NCBI RefSeq assembly: GCF_001194135.2
Contig: NC_068985.1
Span: 118,490,107-118,554,106, forward strand
Length of the DNA: 64,000 bases
Source: Octopus bimaculoides
Lineage: Eukaryota
Direction of reading: 5' to 3'
Part shown: positions 61,815 through 64,000 of the stretch, one piece after another
Position numbering within the stretch: the stretch's first letter is position 1
Layout: every line of letters begins with the position of its first letter
Position numbers and translations under genes: made by a program
The notes under the pieces: model-generated
Database searches by the model: none
Told to the model about the DNA's origin: nothing
Seen by the model: only the letters and a program-made list of their open reading frames with translations

Positions 61815-62469
61815 GTAAGTAAAAAAATATTAATTTCACTTGATTTATCCTCTTAAAACCTCCGTTTCATCTTCCCTTTCTCTCTTCTGCTCTTCTTTAT
61901 CTCTTTGTTCATGTTATTTCTCATTTTTGACCTAGTTTCCCCTTACTCTTTTCTATTATTTTTCTTTCATCAGTTTTGTTTTTCTCTTTCTCTATTTTCC
62001 TTTAATTTACGTCCTTTTTATCTATCTGTCTTCCTTCTCTCTACATCATCTTTCATTATTGTCCTCATTATCATCACAATTTTGGTTATATTTCTATTTT
62101 TTCTCTCTGTCCATCTCTCTGCCTGTCTCTCTCTCTCTCTCTCTCCTTTTCTCTTTCCTTCCAGCTCTTGTTTTCTCTCCAATCATTTTCTCACATCTTC
62201 TTTCTATCTAAATATACTTTCTACTTTGATAGATTTCCATAACTGAATTATTGATTTATCAGATGCACTGATATAAGTGTCAGTTCTTTTGTGATTGTAC
62301 CTATCCATCATTGGGTGATCAGCTCTATATTGATTTCAGGGAATGAATTGATGGAAGTTGGAGTATTCATGCCCTTAAACCAATAGCATAAAGGGGAGCA
62401 AGTGAAAACTTGAAATTTGTCCACTAATTTACCATATGCATTTGGCCAACCACTATATCTATATAATCT

Positions 62470-62512
<43 letters not shown>

Positions 62513-64000
62513 CAAATTTACAGAAAACAAAAGATGAAGACAGGTGTAGGAATAACAAGCAACTATATTAGTTTAACATTCATGAAAAATGGAATAGCCT
62601 TTTATGTTTCAAGCCTATGTTCCTAACAGAAAGGATTAAGAGGGGGAAAAAGTCTTTGTAAAGTAGTTGGTGTTGGGAATGACATCCAAAACCATGTATA
62701 CTTGATGCTCTTTTTTTTCCCATGGTGGTAATTGTCTCTCAGTTTATTGAACAACAAACAGCCCAGACATGTTTGTATGGAGAACTGGAAGCAAATGACA
62801 TTATAATAAAGATCATGCAACATGTCAAGAAGCCCAGACATACTTTCATGGAGGCCTGTAAGCGAATGACACCATTAGTAAAATCATTGTTTGAAATTTG
62901 GGAACAAACACGTACAGCTGAAGAAATAAAAGTTCACTCACTCACTCTCCCCCTCTCTCTCTTTATCACATTGGGCTTCTTTTAGTTTCTGTCTATCAAA
63001 TCCACCTACAAGAAATTGGCTGGACTGCATCTATTGTAGACGACGTGCTTGAAAAGACCCGTCAAGCTAAGTAATAGCGAAGTTGCCCTTGCATCCAGGC
63101 TCATCTCCTGCAACCCTCTTCAGTTGAGCATTCCTAATCTTGCAGACTTGTAGATGCTGGTGCCATGTAAAAAGCATCTGTACCATTGCTGTGTAAATGC
63201 ACTCAGTATAGTGGTTGGTGTTAGGAAAGACATCTAGCTGAAGAAATCATGCCAAAACAGATATGGAGTCTGAACAGCCCTTCAGCTGGTCAGTTCTTGT
63301 CAAGACATCGAACCCATGCCAACAGAGAAAACCGATGTTAAATAATGATGATGCTGATGATGATGATGACTTTCCTAAGGTGTCACACAGTGGGACTGAA
63401 CCCAAAGTCATTTGGTTGGGAAGTGAGTTGCCTAACCTCACAGTCATACCTGCACATGCAGCAAAAATAATTGTAAAATTGTTCTTCAGACTCTAAGGTC
63501 TGTAATGAGATGCCAAAAGCTTCTGCTTATAAGAATGCTGTTTGGTTGTGAATTGAAGGTGCTGGACTGCTGACCTTATGGTTGTAAGTTCAAGTAATTG
63601 CTACAGATGTACTATCCCAAGCAAAGCATATAACTTTGGTTGCTCCTGTTTGTTTGATTGACAAAGGGATGGATTCCAATCCTATTTCATGGTTGAGTCG
63701 TTAGCAGTAAGATATATCTGGGATCACTCTCTAAAGACACTTGCTCCTAATAAAAACTATCCCAGCAATGCAAGGAAAAAATTGGATTTGAAAGAGTAAT
63801 TAAAGATAAAAAGAGGGATTTGTTCTTACATATTATCAATTTTTCATTGCTCTCTACTGCAGTCAATGCCAAAACTTCCAGATATCTCAAAACTGACAGA
63901 AGAGCAAGCAAGGTGCTTTATGCAGTTCTTACACAACTAAATTCTTCATTATCTAGTAAGAAGACTTGAAAATACTCAATTTAAGTAACTAAAACTTATT

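Overview
AT-rich, microsatellite-dense eukaryotic genomic DNA with 12 N-gaps. It is most likely a coleoid cephalopod (Octopus-like), inferred from the SINE families and repeat landscape rather than from a search. Only one host coding exon is clearly supported: a 195-nt phase-0/0 exon (61620-61814, +) of a TspanC8 tetraspanin (TSPAN5/14/17, Drosophila Tsp26A group). The preceding ~61 kb is probably intron or upstream sequence. It is packed with tRNA-head SINEs (three families, here called A, B, C), RTE LINE fragments and young RTE 3' ends, and Dong/R4-type and Tx1/L1 LINE fragments. DNA-transposon relics include Tc1, DD37D, hAT/Buster, Helitron and a possible Harbinger, plus hAT, piggyBac-type and mariner-type MITEs and a 5S rRNA pseudogene. 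Nearly all ORFs in the supplied track are microsatellite, gap or TE artefacts. The most unusual signals are several hammerhead-ribozyme-like cores, one with all catalytic nucleotides in a non-canonical order, a pre-miRNA-like hairpin, near-perfect inverted repeats that could be A-to-I editing substrates, and a Gly-to-Val change in the tetraspanin GCxGA motif. All pairings and coordinates were read by eye; old repeat boundaries are approximate.
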